The notes under the pieces were generated by a model. It saw only the letters and a program-made list of their open reading frames with translations. It was not told the DNA's origin and ran no database searches. A program made the translations under genes and the position numbers. From the human T2T-CHM13v2.0 reference genome, Homo sapiens, in NCBI RefSeq assembly GCF_009914755.1, contig NC_060947.1: 64,000 nucleotides of DNA, one strand, 5' to 3'. Positions 53,198 to 64,000 of the stretch are shown in pieces; position 1 is the first letter of the stretch; each line of letters starts with the position of its first letter.

Positions 53198-55849
53198 CTA
53201 TTTATCATTTTTCCATATGCCAAGAAGGATTGTTTAAAGATAGTTTTCCATCTGTAAAACTTATCAAAACAGTATTTACAGAAACTTGGGAAAGGAAATA
53301 AACCTCATTCTTAACAACCATCATTACATCTTTTAACCTAGCATTGTGATTACAGTGCACATATTACTTTGTATTCTGCTTTTTCTACCGATTTTTATCC
53401 AATGAATTATTCCAGGTCGCCACATAGCCTTCATACTTAAAATTTTTAATGGCTGTGTAATTTATCCATGCTATTTTAAAGGCTCCAGATAGTTCTATAG
53501 AACGGACAGGAAAAGTTGGATTTTGTTTTTAGTGGAAATTTCATCAGATAGCTCTTTTTATCCTGCCATCTTATATACTACATTTTTTTCCTAAAGCAAA
53601 AAGCACGTTTCCAAGTTGAGTTTGATTTTTTTTCCTTATGTAGGTCAGATATATGGGAAGATACTTTTTGTAATATGTTTAATTATTAATCGTTGGTTAT
53701 CTTCTTCTTAGCCTATCTTTCCAAAGTTTTTCATTTTACTCTTAGGTGATAACTACATGTTCTAGAAAAAGGTTAATGATCTTAATGATGTTCTTGTCAT
53801 TTTGCTTTCTATACCTGAATTAATAATATGCCATATTTTGGTAGCATTTTCTTTTTCCGAGTCTCTCTTCAATCACTCTCCTGCCAGCCTGCCTCCAACC
53901 CTCCTCAGCATGTGGTAACTATTTGTTCTTTTGCTTTTAGGATCTAACCAGCTTGGAAGGTCTGAAATTTTAGAACATCTGGTGATTTTTTTTTCTTAAA
54001 ATTTAGTCTAGTCTTTCACTTGCTAATAGCTGGGAGCCATAAATGTCTGTTTTCTGTCACACTGATTATCAAATAGGTCTTTCTTTGATTGTCAGCGGGC
54101 ACCTTAGTTCCTACTTAAAAACTTCACTCTCATTAGGAGTCTGAGGTCTTTTCAGCAAAGTGATGTTGGCTAGGATTTTATTGGTAGCTTATACTTTTGC
54201 AGAATATGAGTGTTTTTTTTTTTTATTTCTCTAAGGTTTGAGCGCCATTGTTTCTCTTTTTTCACAGTAACTGCTTATTTCTTAGGTCTTGGTTGTATCC
54301 AAGTCTAAACACTGTAAAATGAACTTTATTTTCTACTTGAAGGTTTGTTTCTATTGGTGTTATAACAGACATGAGTTGTGCATTTGGTTGGAAGATTTTT
54401 TTCTTAATAGGCATGCAACTCTTCCCAGTATATCCACTTACAAGATCCGACAATAAATCTTGTGAAAAGTTACTGTGACTGAAAATTTTCACTAATGTAT
54501 ACTGTTGAATATGTGACTATAGTATTTCACCAAAGACTTCGGAACGTTTTACTGCATACTCCTTACTATATAGCTGTGTGCTCTTTTAAAATTAGTCATA
54601 CCTTTTACTTGCAGTCCCGGTTTGCATGGATAGAATTAAGTTTGACTTAAGTACCACATAAAAAGCGTACGAAATGTAAGCATCATGTGCTACATCTGTT
54701 ATGTTGCTTTCTAGACAAGTTTTATGCATAGTGTTACAAGTGTTGACCCCACCTTTATACCGTGGTATCTTCAGTGTACACAGCTAGTATGAAACCCTGT
54801 TTAACATTTAAAAACGTCTAATGTATCCTTATAAAACTAGTATGTGGTTTTTAAAAGTGTTAATGTTTTGGGATTTTTTGGTATAATTGTTGTTTTTAGT
54901 CTTGGCTGAGGTTCTGCTGTCTTGTATGTTTTGTTTTGCTATGAATCATAATTTCCTTTTATTTAGTGAATAGAAGAGGCAGGCTTGTCACTACTATTAC
55001 TTTGAAAGAAAGTAAGCCATTAGAGTAGGGTATATATTAACAAAGGTATTCAAAATAGTTTTATGTTGGAAGCTACTTAAAATTATTTCTTTTTTGTTGA
55101 AGGAAATTATCTTTTTAAACATAAAATGGAGTTACTTTTCTAGAAATAGTTGAAACACATGTATAAAATACTGGCCAGAAGATTTTTATAAATAGGAAAT
55201 GATAATGTTTCAAAGAAATATCCTAAGTCTGTAATTTGAAGACATACATTTGAAAAAGTAAAATTTTCCCTGAGTGTTGCCTTTTCCCATCCTGTAGCTA
55301 GCTTTGCTTACTGGTGTCTGCATGCCTTTGACAACATGTATCAGAAAATAGCAAAATTTTGGCTTACAGATTTAGGAAGTAATTTAAGCTTTTAAAATGA
55401 TATGTGTTACAGGCATTTTTTAGAATTTTAACTAAGACATAACTTTTTCATATGCCCATGAATATATTTTATAGATCTTATTTGCAAAAGGAGTGACTTT
55501 TATGGGAGCCTTTCATTGTGGTTAAGAAGCTATGGAAGAGCTTATCAGTGAAATAGTAGCAACATGGCCTGTGAGAGCAATCTTAGACAATGAAAGATGC
55601 TTTTAAAACTCAAAAAGCCACACAGGCAGTGCATTGACTTTTACAACGAATTGCCTCTCCCATGATCTTGCTTTCTTATCCACCTTCCTTTACTGGCCAT
55701 TTGTGGCATGCAGCAATAATTATTTTGAAATAAGAAAAGGAGAGAGTCAACAGTAGAAGACTAGACCTCTGGGCAATACAATCTTCAGACTAAGGACCAG
55801 CTGTAAGATGACTAGGGAAGATGCCTGACAAAACTGTGGAGGTCTGTCT

Positions 55850-56560
55850 GTTCTGTATCCCCAACCTCTCTCGTATCCATTCATTCTTATTTGCTCCTCG
55901 TTTCAACCTTCATCATTTCTCACTTGCAAGCAGCCACTCAGTTGTTCTCCCTACTTCCAGTCTTGCTCTCCACTGATTCCTTCCCGTCATTGCCCTCAGA
56001 TTGATCATTCTTTAAATAAAATAAAGTCATTCCCCTATGAAAAAAAAATCCTTCAGTGGCACTCCATTACATTTCCCAATAAAAGTAAATTTCTTGGCCT
56101 GGCCTCCATGGCCGTTCATGATCTGGCCCTATCTTACCATGTCTCTGCGCCCTCTCTTCTCTTCTCATGGACCTCAGGCTTCACCCACAATGAAAAATTA
56201 GGTCCTCCTCTCCAAACACACTATGCCAGTTGCTTCTGTGCCATTGTAAATGTTATTCCCTCTGCCTGGGACACATTGGTTGGCCAGACATACCTCAGTT
56301 CTTTATTCTATGTTTTCAAAAGTCATTTTGTCCGTCGGCTTTTTCCCTACTCCAAGCAGTATAACAACTTCCTCTGTGATCCTTTAACATGTTGTCCACA
56401 CCTTAACTATATAGCATTTAGCATGTTATATGGGGACTATTAGTGTTCATGTTGACTTCCCTAATGTGAGCTCTTGAAGGGCAAATATTTGAACTTCTAG
56501 GTATTTGTATCCCTAGTACCTAAGGGGGTGTTTAGATTTTAATATGTACTCAACAAATGG
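55850..56560 (+). mobile_element. L2
   Basis: aatccttcagtggcactccatt...catgatctggccct...ttccctctgcctgg...tgtgagctcttgaagggca. Confidence 0.65.
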
Positions 56561-56599
56561 AAAAAAGGTTTCAAGCAATATGTTAAGTGTCAAAGCTAC

Positions 56600-56985
56600 T
56601 CATTTCCCTCATGTCAAAGCTTACCTCATTCCCGGTACTCTTCCCCATAGAGTAATCACTATTAACAATTTGATATATTTAATGTTTATTACAGCTAGCA
56701 TTTTCATATAGGTTCAAGTTTATAATATGGTAGAATCTTATTGTATTTTTTACAAGATAAGTGTATATATTTCTCTTTTTTCTTTTTTATAGAAGTATAA
56801 TTCATATATAGAAAATACATGAATCCTAATGACTTGATGCATTTTTATATTTATACATTCATGTAACCACCATCCCAGGCCAAGATATATAACGTTTCCA
56901 TCAACCAGGAAAATGCCTCTTGCATCTTTCTGCAATCCATCTCTCCCCTGCATGTAATTACCGTTCTGACTTTTATCACCATTGT
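56600..56985 (-). mobile_element. Old L1 (L1ME/MD) 3' fragment
   Basis: catgtaaccaccatcccaggccaagatatataacgtttccatcaaccagg. Confidence 0.6.
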
Positions 56986-58314
56986 AGTGACATGATCAAA
57001 ATGGTGTTTCCAAAAGACAAGTGTAACAGTGGGTTGACACTACGGCAGTCTCGGCATTCATTTACCATATACTTCTTGAACATCTCCTCTGCACCAGGCT
57101 CTGTTATAGGGGCCTAAGGTGAAACCAGAAAGATCTGGCCTAAGAAGGGACCAGAATAGTAAAAGACATGGTCCTAGTCATTAAAGGTCTTGAGGATAGT
57201 CACTGGAAAAAGCTGACTAGAGAAGGTGGCTTAGGATATGGGAAATGTAAAGAGCAGTGGACTCTTAACCAGAGAATTGGAGGTGAGGGAGGAGGATGCA
57301 CAGGACTCTGAGAATCTGGTGTGTCTCAAGACTATAACTAGTTAAGACTGGACCACAGAAAGGCTTTGAAACTTGTAAGCTAGATTTTGTACATTTCTTC
57401 TGGGATGCAGAGCTCTTAGGTAGAATTGAAGAGAAATAGGACAAAGCTTGTTGTCTATATGCTTGTTTGGTTATAATTACCTTTTAAGTGAGCTAAAGGG
57501 AGGGGAGAATAAAAGGCTAGGGAGACCCATAAGTTGTAGTTGAAATTGCCTAGTTTTGTTGCTTGCTGCTTGAGAGCTTTTGGCCTTATGGTTGGGATTG
57601 GGGTGGGGGTAGGGAGATGGTGAAGGGCAGGGCACAGGTAAGGAAAGGGCAGATATTTTTTCTTTTCAGTTTGCCTTTGCTTTGGGAAGATAATTATAAT
57701 TTAGAACACAGGGTTCTCAGTTTCACAGAGTGAAAAAATATGATAGTGGTTCCACATCTCAGGAAGAAATGTGTTTTCTAGAGAAGGGTAGGATTGAAGG
57801 ACCCTCCTTATGGGAGTGAGAAGGGCAGTGAAGAAAGGAAACTACATGTTTCATTTAAGTTCTTAAATGAAAAAGTCTTTGTAAACATGGCCTCCTCCCG
57901 GTTGCCTTTTACCGAAAGAGTGTAAATGAGAGACCCAGGCAGTCCCTTTGTAACTGTGTATTGGGAGCTTGGAACACATTATCTCCTGGATACAATGTTG
58001 GAAGTGGTGATTATGTTCCCAGACCTTCCTCCCAGGAACCTTTTTAACCCTTCATGTCACTTAGCCATAGACCTATTGTGTTTATAATTGTTTCTAATGG
58101 GAAATGGGTTTAAGTTTCCAGCTTGATTTGTTAAAAACATATTCTTTCTCTCTTCTTCCTCACAACTGGGTGTGGACTTTGGTTCCATGAGGGGTGGGGA
58201 CACTGTAAAGGCTCCGGCAGAGAGGGTGAGGGGCTGAGGTGGCAGTGGAGGTAGGCGTGGCTCTTCACATATGCCAGTTACTCCTATTCATAGATTGGCT
58301 ACATTTACACGGTT

Positions 58315-58530
58315 CAGCATAGCGTCCACTTAGCCACGTATGGTTATTGAGCACTTGAAAGGTGGCTAGTCTGTCAGTGGGTGCTTCAACAGACAGTGTA
58401 AAATATAATATTTTGGATATATTAAGTAAATTATTAATCTAACTTGTTTCTTTTTACTTTTTCAATGTGGTGAGTTGAAAATTTGAAATTCCATATGTGA
58501 AATTTGCACTATATTTCTATTAGCAGTGTT
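58315..58530. mobile_element. MER3/MER33-like (hAT-Charlie)
   Basis: tagccacgtatggttattgagcacttgaaaggtggctagt...cttgtttctttttactttttcaatgtgg. Confidence 0.65.
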
Positions 58531-59539
58531 TGTCTATATTCTTTCTTAAGATATTTTATGATGTTCATATCCTAGGAATTGTTTCTGAAGGAGGATCCTT
58601 TCTCTGGAAGTTCCGTTTAAAATGAACACCCCCCCTCCCCGACCCACCGCAATAAAAGACTCATTTGTGCATGAAAGGTTATCATACAGTTCAGAGTTGA
58701 TGGCTTGATAACCCTTGCCTGTGGGGCAAAATATGAAAGCATCCCATTCTTATTTGTATTGAAAGCCAGTTTGGTTGCTTAGTCTTTTGGATGCAGTTGG
58801 TGATCCAACTGGTTGGGTTAGAAGTCTTTTCCTGGGCTAAGTATAATGGAATATGTATGTGAATGAATGTAACTGCAGTAATTCAGAATTCTGTTTATAA
58901 TATGTGCTCACCAGTAGTGCTAAATGTTTCATACTTTCAGTGTTATTAGAAATATGTAACATGTCCGTTGTTTGATTTACATAGCTACTTTGCCCAAGAA
59001 TTCTCAGGAGCAGCATTCTTTAGGAAGTGTAGGATAAAGGAGAAATACTCTAGTTTGTCATAGTGTAAAACTTAACAAAGGGGAATTTGTATCACTGCTG
59101 TTTTTGAGAGCTTTCTTGATGTTCCCCAGCGGAGCCCTTGTCTTATATCATGGCAAGTCATCAGTGGCGTTAAAAGGAGGGAGAGGCCACATGACTGGAG
59201 GGCTCCTAGGATTCTTACTTCTGACAGTCGTTAACTTTCTCAAAACTTAATCCTCCTAGTGGAGGTTACAGGAGTGATTAATTGTTATCTTTTGGTAACT
59301 ATAATGGCTCCCATTTAAGGAATAAGCACCAATGTCTAATTCTGAGGCTGGGTGGATTTATAGATATGCTGATGAATAGCATCTATAAGAGGTAGGACCA
59401 CTTTATAGCCCTAATTTTGGATCCTCCTAAATCCCATCTTATAGTCGAAGGTGTTATCTAGCTTGTATAACTATCCCTGTATTTCAGATATGATTTGACT
59501 TATATTTGCTTCCTTGTAATAATGAACAATCACGAAATA

Positions 59540-59780
59540 GCCTTCAAATAATAGCAGCTGACATTTATTGAGTAATGCTTAGGTACAGGGCAATGTGCTA
59601 ATGAATGTAAAATGTTTATTTAGTTTCTCTTCCTAGTCAGTCTGTGTACTGGATTACTAGGTACTATTATTATACTCTTTTTATAGATAAGGGAACCAGG
59701 GCCCAGAGAGGTTAAGTAACACAGCCAGTAGTAACCTAGGTCTGTCTCTATTCTAGTCTATTCAGTGATTAACCACTTCA
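59540..59780 (-). mobile_element. MIR SINE
   Basis: ataatagcagctgacatttattgag...ttttatagataagggaaccaggggcccagagaggttaagtaac. Confidence 0.7.
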
Positions 59781-60959
59781 CTTCTCCTATCAATTGTGAC
59801 AGAAAATTCCTTTTGATAACTTCTCACTGGTATTTTCTCATTATGATGCATGTCCTAGAGCCATCATTTTTTAAACATAATTATCATGCTGTTATTTATA
59901 GCTGCTTTTAATGTAATAGTGCTTGGCATTGTAGCAAGCACTCAATGAATGAAAATTATTACTGCTAGTGTTATTATTTCTAATATTTCTCTGACTGTTG
60001 CTGGGTGAGTATTGTGGTGCATATGTTTGTAAAACACTTTTGCCTTTGATGTCCCACAGTTATGCCCCTACTGGTGACAGATATAGAGTTGTTGAGACTC
60101 TCAGTTGATGGAGTATGAAATAGTTGAGGACTGGAGGATGTGAACTGGTGGCCTAGGCTGAGGAGGCCCTATAGGAATAGTGGTAGGTTTGTAAAAGCAG
60201 CAGGGTAGTCCTTGGCTATTTATTAATAATAGCCACTAAAAACTGATATGCCGTCTTCACTTTACCAATCTCCTGATAAATGCTTTTCTTATGAGGAAAA
60301 GAAAGATATTCAGTGTACTCCACAGTAGCCATTTGTTTTTTCTAATCCACAGCCTCTGGAGGAGGTAGACATGGTTTTTAAAAACGTCTGGAATACCATC
60401 ATGCCTTTGCAGAGTTTTGTGTATCAGCCTGAGCCTTATCTGCTGGTGTGGTCTTCATTTCAACTACTTCTCCCATTTTCCTCAAGCCACACACCTGTCA
60501 TAGCCAGATCATTGGTTTTTTCCCCTCCTGTGTAGTTAGATGGCCTGGGGTAGAAGAGTGGATTTTATAGAAGAAGTAGAGATGTCAGTCAGTGGGGTCT
60601 TAACCAGAGAAACATTGCATGAAGACTTTTGGGTGATGTGCCAGATGTTTATAGAAAAAGTAGAATTCTATATCTTAAACCATTTTCCCCTGGTTATACT
60701 ACTCATTAATGCCAGTCGCTCTTTTATTATCTATATCCTGCCCTGTAGCTCAAATAGTTCAGTGAACTTAGTACCAGGAGCCAAACACAGGATTTGAATG
60801 CAATTGAACAAAAGTCTTGAAACATTTTTGTTTGTGCAACTGAAAAATAGTACTGTTAAGAAAACTAAATATGATTTATTAAGGTCTTAAGATTTACTGT
60901 CGAGCTACTTGGGCAAAGTTACTAATATTCATCCTCTTTGTCCTTGACTACATTTGAAA

Positions 60960-61560
60960 CTAACTACTTCTTCCTTCCAGAAACTTATCACTTCCTATAT
61001 TCTGTTTCTCCACTCCTCTCTCTGATAATTCTTTCTCTATCTTCCAAAGTCTTTACCTTGGGGAGTGTATCCTGCTTCATTCGTGGTTCCAAATATTCCG
61101 ACACACACTGATGCTTCACCATCTTCAGCTTCTCACTCAGGCATCTCAGCTGAGTGCAGGACATCTCCACACATCTCCACTGACTGTCTGTCCTGCTGTC
61201 AGCTCACAGTCAGACCTCTTCTGTCATTATTCAGCTTTGTTTTTTCTTTTTGCCTTCCATCTTCTCTGGCTTATCTGCCATCCCTTTGAAATTTCTCTTA
61301 CATGTGTTCCTTTGACTCAATTTCTGTTGCCATCACTTTAATCTAGGTCCTCATGTTTTTATGCTTTGACCACTGTACCAGCCTTCTAACTGGACTCCCA
61401 AGTGCCTCCAAAATTCCTGTCTCCACTTACATCAATTGCTAACTTTCGAAAAAAGTTGGTTTTATCATATCACCCTCCCCACCAGCCTGCCATTCTGAGC
61501 TCTCTAGTATCTGTTCCACGTGTCGGTAAAAACTTATTTCCCATCATTTCCCACAGAAGC
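60960..61560 (+). mobile_element. L2 fragments
   Basis: ccagccttctaactggactcc; catctccactgactgtc; boundaries approximate. Confidence 0.45.
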
Positions 61561-62289
61561 CCTGCACTGTCTCTTCTACCCTCTGAGTGTATCTCCCCAT
61601 TCCTGATGCCAGCCCTTAGAACATCAGTTAACCAAAGGAAGAAGAGATACAGAGCCAGGAGAGCTGAAGGCCTGGGGGAGGAGAGGAAGTAAACTGAAAT
61701 CATTCCATTAAGGGTGTGACTTGAGGGTGAGGACATGACAGAACATGCTTTAAAATACTATTATAATGATGAGAAGTTGCAGAAGGAAGGAGGGTGGGAG
61801 CTGGAGTATGACCTTTCGTGTTTGATTAGTCTGAACTCTAGACCAAAATGGTTTCATTTAAATTGGCCTGAAGTTGCCTGGAGGCACTGCTGTTTAATCA
61901 GAAGGGCCAGTCCCTCTTTGAATTTTTGTCTCTGCCAAAGACAGCCCACATAACTAGACAGTGGACAATAGGATTCCAGGGAGAATATCTAGCCTTTAAT
62001 ATAGCCATGGCATTGGAAAGTGGAGACCCCCTCCTGTTTTATTTCTTGAAGGAGGATGTTGGCGATATGCAGAGCAAAGCTCTCCACTTTTCTTAATAGC
62101 TTACGTAGGTGCGTAAACATTGTAAACTCCCTTTCATAGTGATGCCTTTGAGTTGTGTGTTAGAAGTAGATTTAGGCTATAGCTAGGTACTTTTATAAAA
62201 TCAGATTTTAAAAAGTGGACATAGTACATCCAGTCTAGTAGATCATACCATCTACTGTCATGTAATATGGCAAACTGTATCATTGTCAC

Positions 62290-62465
62290 TTCAGTAGCTC
62301 TGTCAAAAGTGCTGGACTGGAAGGCAAGAGATCCATGTTCTTAACCTGAGTCTGTTACTAATTACACACATGACCCCAGGCAAGTCACTTAACCTTTTAT
62401 GGTGTCAGTTTCCTCATCTGTTAAATGAAGGGATTAGACTAGATTATTTCCAGGACTCCTTCCGA
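62290..62465 (+). mobile_element. MIR/MIR3 SINE
   Basis: ggcaagtcacttaacc...cagtttcctcatctgttaaatgaagggattagactagat. Confidence 0.7.
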
Positions 62466-62552
62466 AAAAGTACAGGAGAGAGTTGTATAACTGAAAGGCA
62501 GAAAGTGGAATAATTGAGGCTTGGAATTCAGGGTGACTTAAAAATTACTTTA

Positions 62553-62870
62553 GGCTGGACATGGTGGCTCACACCTGTAATCCCAGCACTTTGGGAGGCT
62601 GAGGTGGGAGGACCACTTGAGCCCAGGAGTTTGAGACAGCCTAGGAAACACGGCAAGACCTTGTCTCTACAAAAAATAATTAAAAAAAAATTAGCCTGGC
62701 ATAGTGGCACATGCCTGCAGTCCCAGCTTCTCAGGAGGCTGAGGTGGGAAGATCACTTGAGCCCAGGATTACAAGACTGAAGTTAGCTATGTTCACACCA
62801 CTGCAGTCCAGCCTGTGCCACAAAGTGAGATCCTGTCTCAAAAACAAAAACAAAAACAAAAACAAAAAAA
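62553..62870 (+). mobile_element. AluJ
   Basis: Dimer with a (CAAAAA)n tail. Confidence 0.93.
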
Positions 62871-63139
62871 CAACTTTTAAATTTTAGAAAACAGGTCCTG
62901 GATGTGTTTAATGTGCTATATCACACACTTAGTGGTTACATTGGTAAATGCCACTCCATCTTATTGATGTCAATTCTGTTTGCTGTAAACAATTTAATAA
63001 CGTTCATGACAGAGTCCTATCAATACTTTGGAAGAGTGAGAGTGAGGGTTTGGTGAACAGACAGACTAACTTTGTATTTTGTTGGGATTTTTAACAATGA
63101 ATGCATGTTACTTTTACCACGTAAAAAGTAGCTCATAAC

Positions 63140-63378
63140 AATTTTTTTGAAATTATTTATTTTCATTAACTTTTATTTTAAGTTCTAGTGTACATGTGCA
63201 AAATGTGCAGGTTTGTTAACATGTGCCATGGTGGTTTGCTGCATAGATCATCCCATTACCTATGTGTTAAGCCCAGCATCCATTAGCTATTCTTCCTGAT
63301 GCTCTCCCTTCCCCCACCCCCATTCACAGGCCCCACCCAGTGTGTGTGGTTCCCCCCATGTGCCCATGTGTTCTCATG
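63140..63378 (-). mobile_element. L1PA8/10-like 3' end
   Basis: gtacatgtgcaaaatgtgcaggtttgtt...catgtgccatggtggtttgctgc...ttagctattcttcctgatgctctccc. Confidence 0.85.
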
Positions 63379-64000
63379 GAAGAATTTTTCCTAAAAGAAT
63401 TAGTCCTGGGGAAAGAGGTGCTGTGTAATCTTCAGAACGTAATAAATGGCCATTCTGCTATCTCATATGTTCAACACTTTCTGCAATGCTTAGGTGGCTT
63501 AGTCTCACTCCTGTCCATGTATGTTTTTTCCAAGGCCAAAAATTTTTATTATTTTGTGTATCTGTCCATAAATGAGCCAAAATGTAACTAACTGAATGTG
63601 TGATATGCACAATAGCAGTTTTTTTTCCTGATAATAGGTATTAGTTGATAGCTGCAGTTGAAATAGTCTGAGACTGGGAAAGGAAACTTTTCACATTTAA
63701 GTATGACCAAGTTTAGTAAGTTCTAAGATGTTTCTGCTTCAGTAGCAGTGCAATTGACTTTTGGAGGGAGGAGAAAAGCTTCTAAAATTATTGGTTTCTA
63801 CGTGTTACTGTCCACTGGTGAAGGTCAGATTTCTTTGGATATTATCATGTTTTCCAGTAAACTTTGAGAAGTGTGCTGCTTCACAATTTTATCCTAATTC
63901 CCTGGGGTAATAATTGAAAACTTCATAAACATATTTTTAAAATTTTCTAGATCCTTATGATTGTTTATATGCTTAAAAAACTTCATACTAGATATTAATT

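Overview
Primate (very likely human) genomic DNA. The only supported host gene is the 5' end of INTS6L (DDX26B, X-linked paralogue of Integrator subunit INTS6) on the + strand: a CpG-island promoter at about 50.3-51.9 kb, coding exon 1 (50749-50859), a 137-nt intron, coding exon 2 (50997-51074), then a long intron 2 that runs off the window end. The first 50 kb is intergenic and made mostly of transposable elements (Alu, L1, L2, MIR, MaLR/ERV LTRs, hAT and Tc1/mariner relics), often nested. It includes a near full-length dead Hsmar1 mariner interrupted by an ERV1 solo LTR, and a MADE1 MITE. I found no convincing new gene system. The best leads are: locally templated duplications (a 60-bp copy from 2.2 kb away with a 13-bp target duplication, a 94-bp doublet, an 18-bp doublet, a patchwork repair junction); an IgVH-like heptamer-octamer plus palindromic double CCAAT in the INTS6L promoter; splice signals for a divergent antisense RNA; and candidate poison-exon and retained-intron control of INTS6L. 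Repeat subfamily names and many repeat boundaries come from recalled consensus sequences and are approximate.
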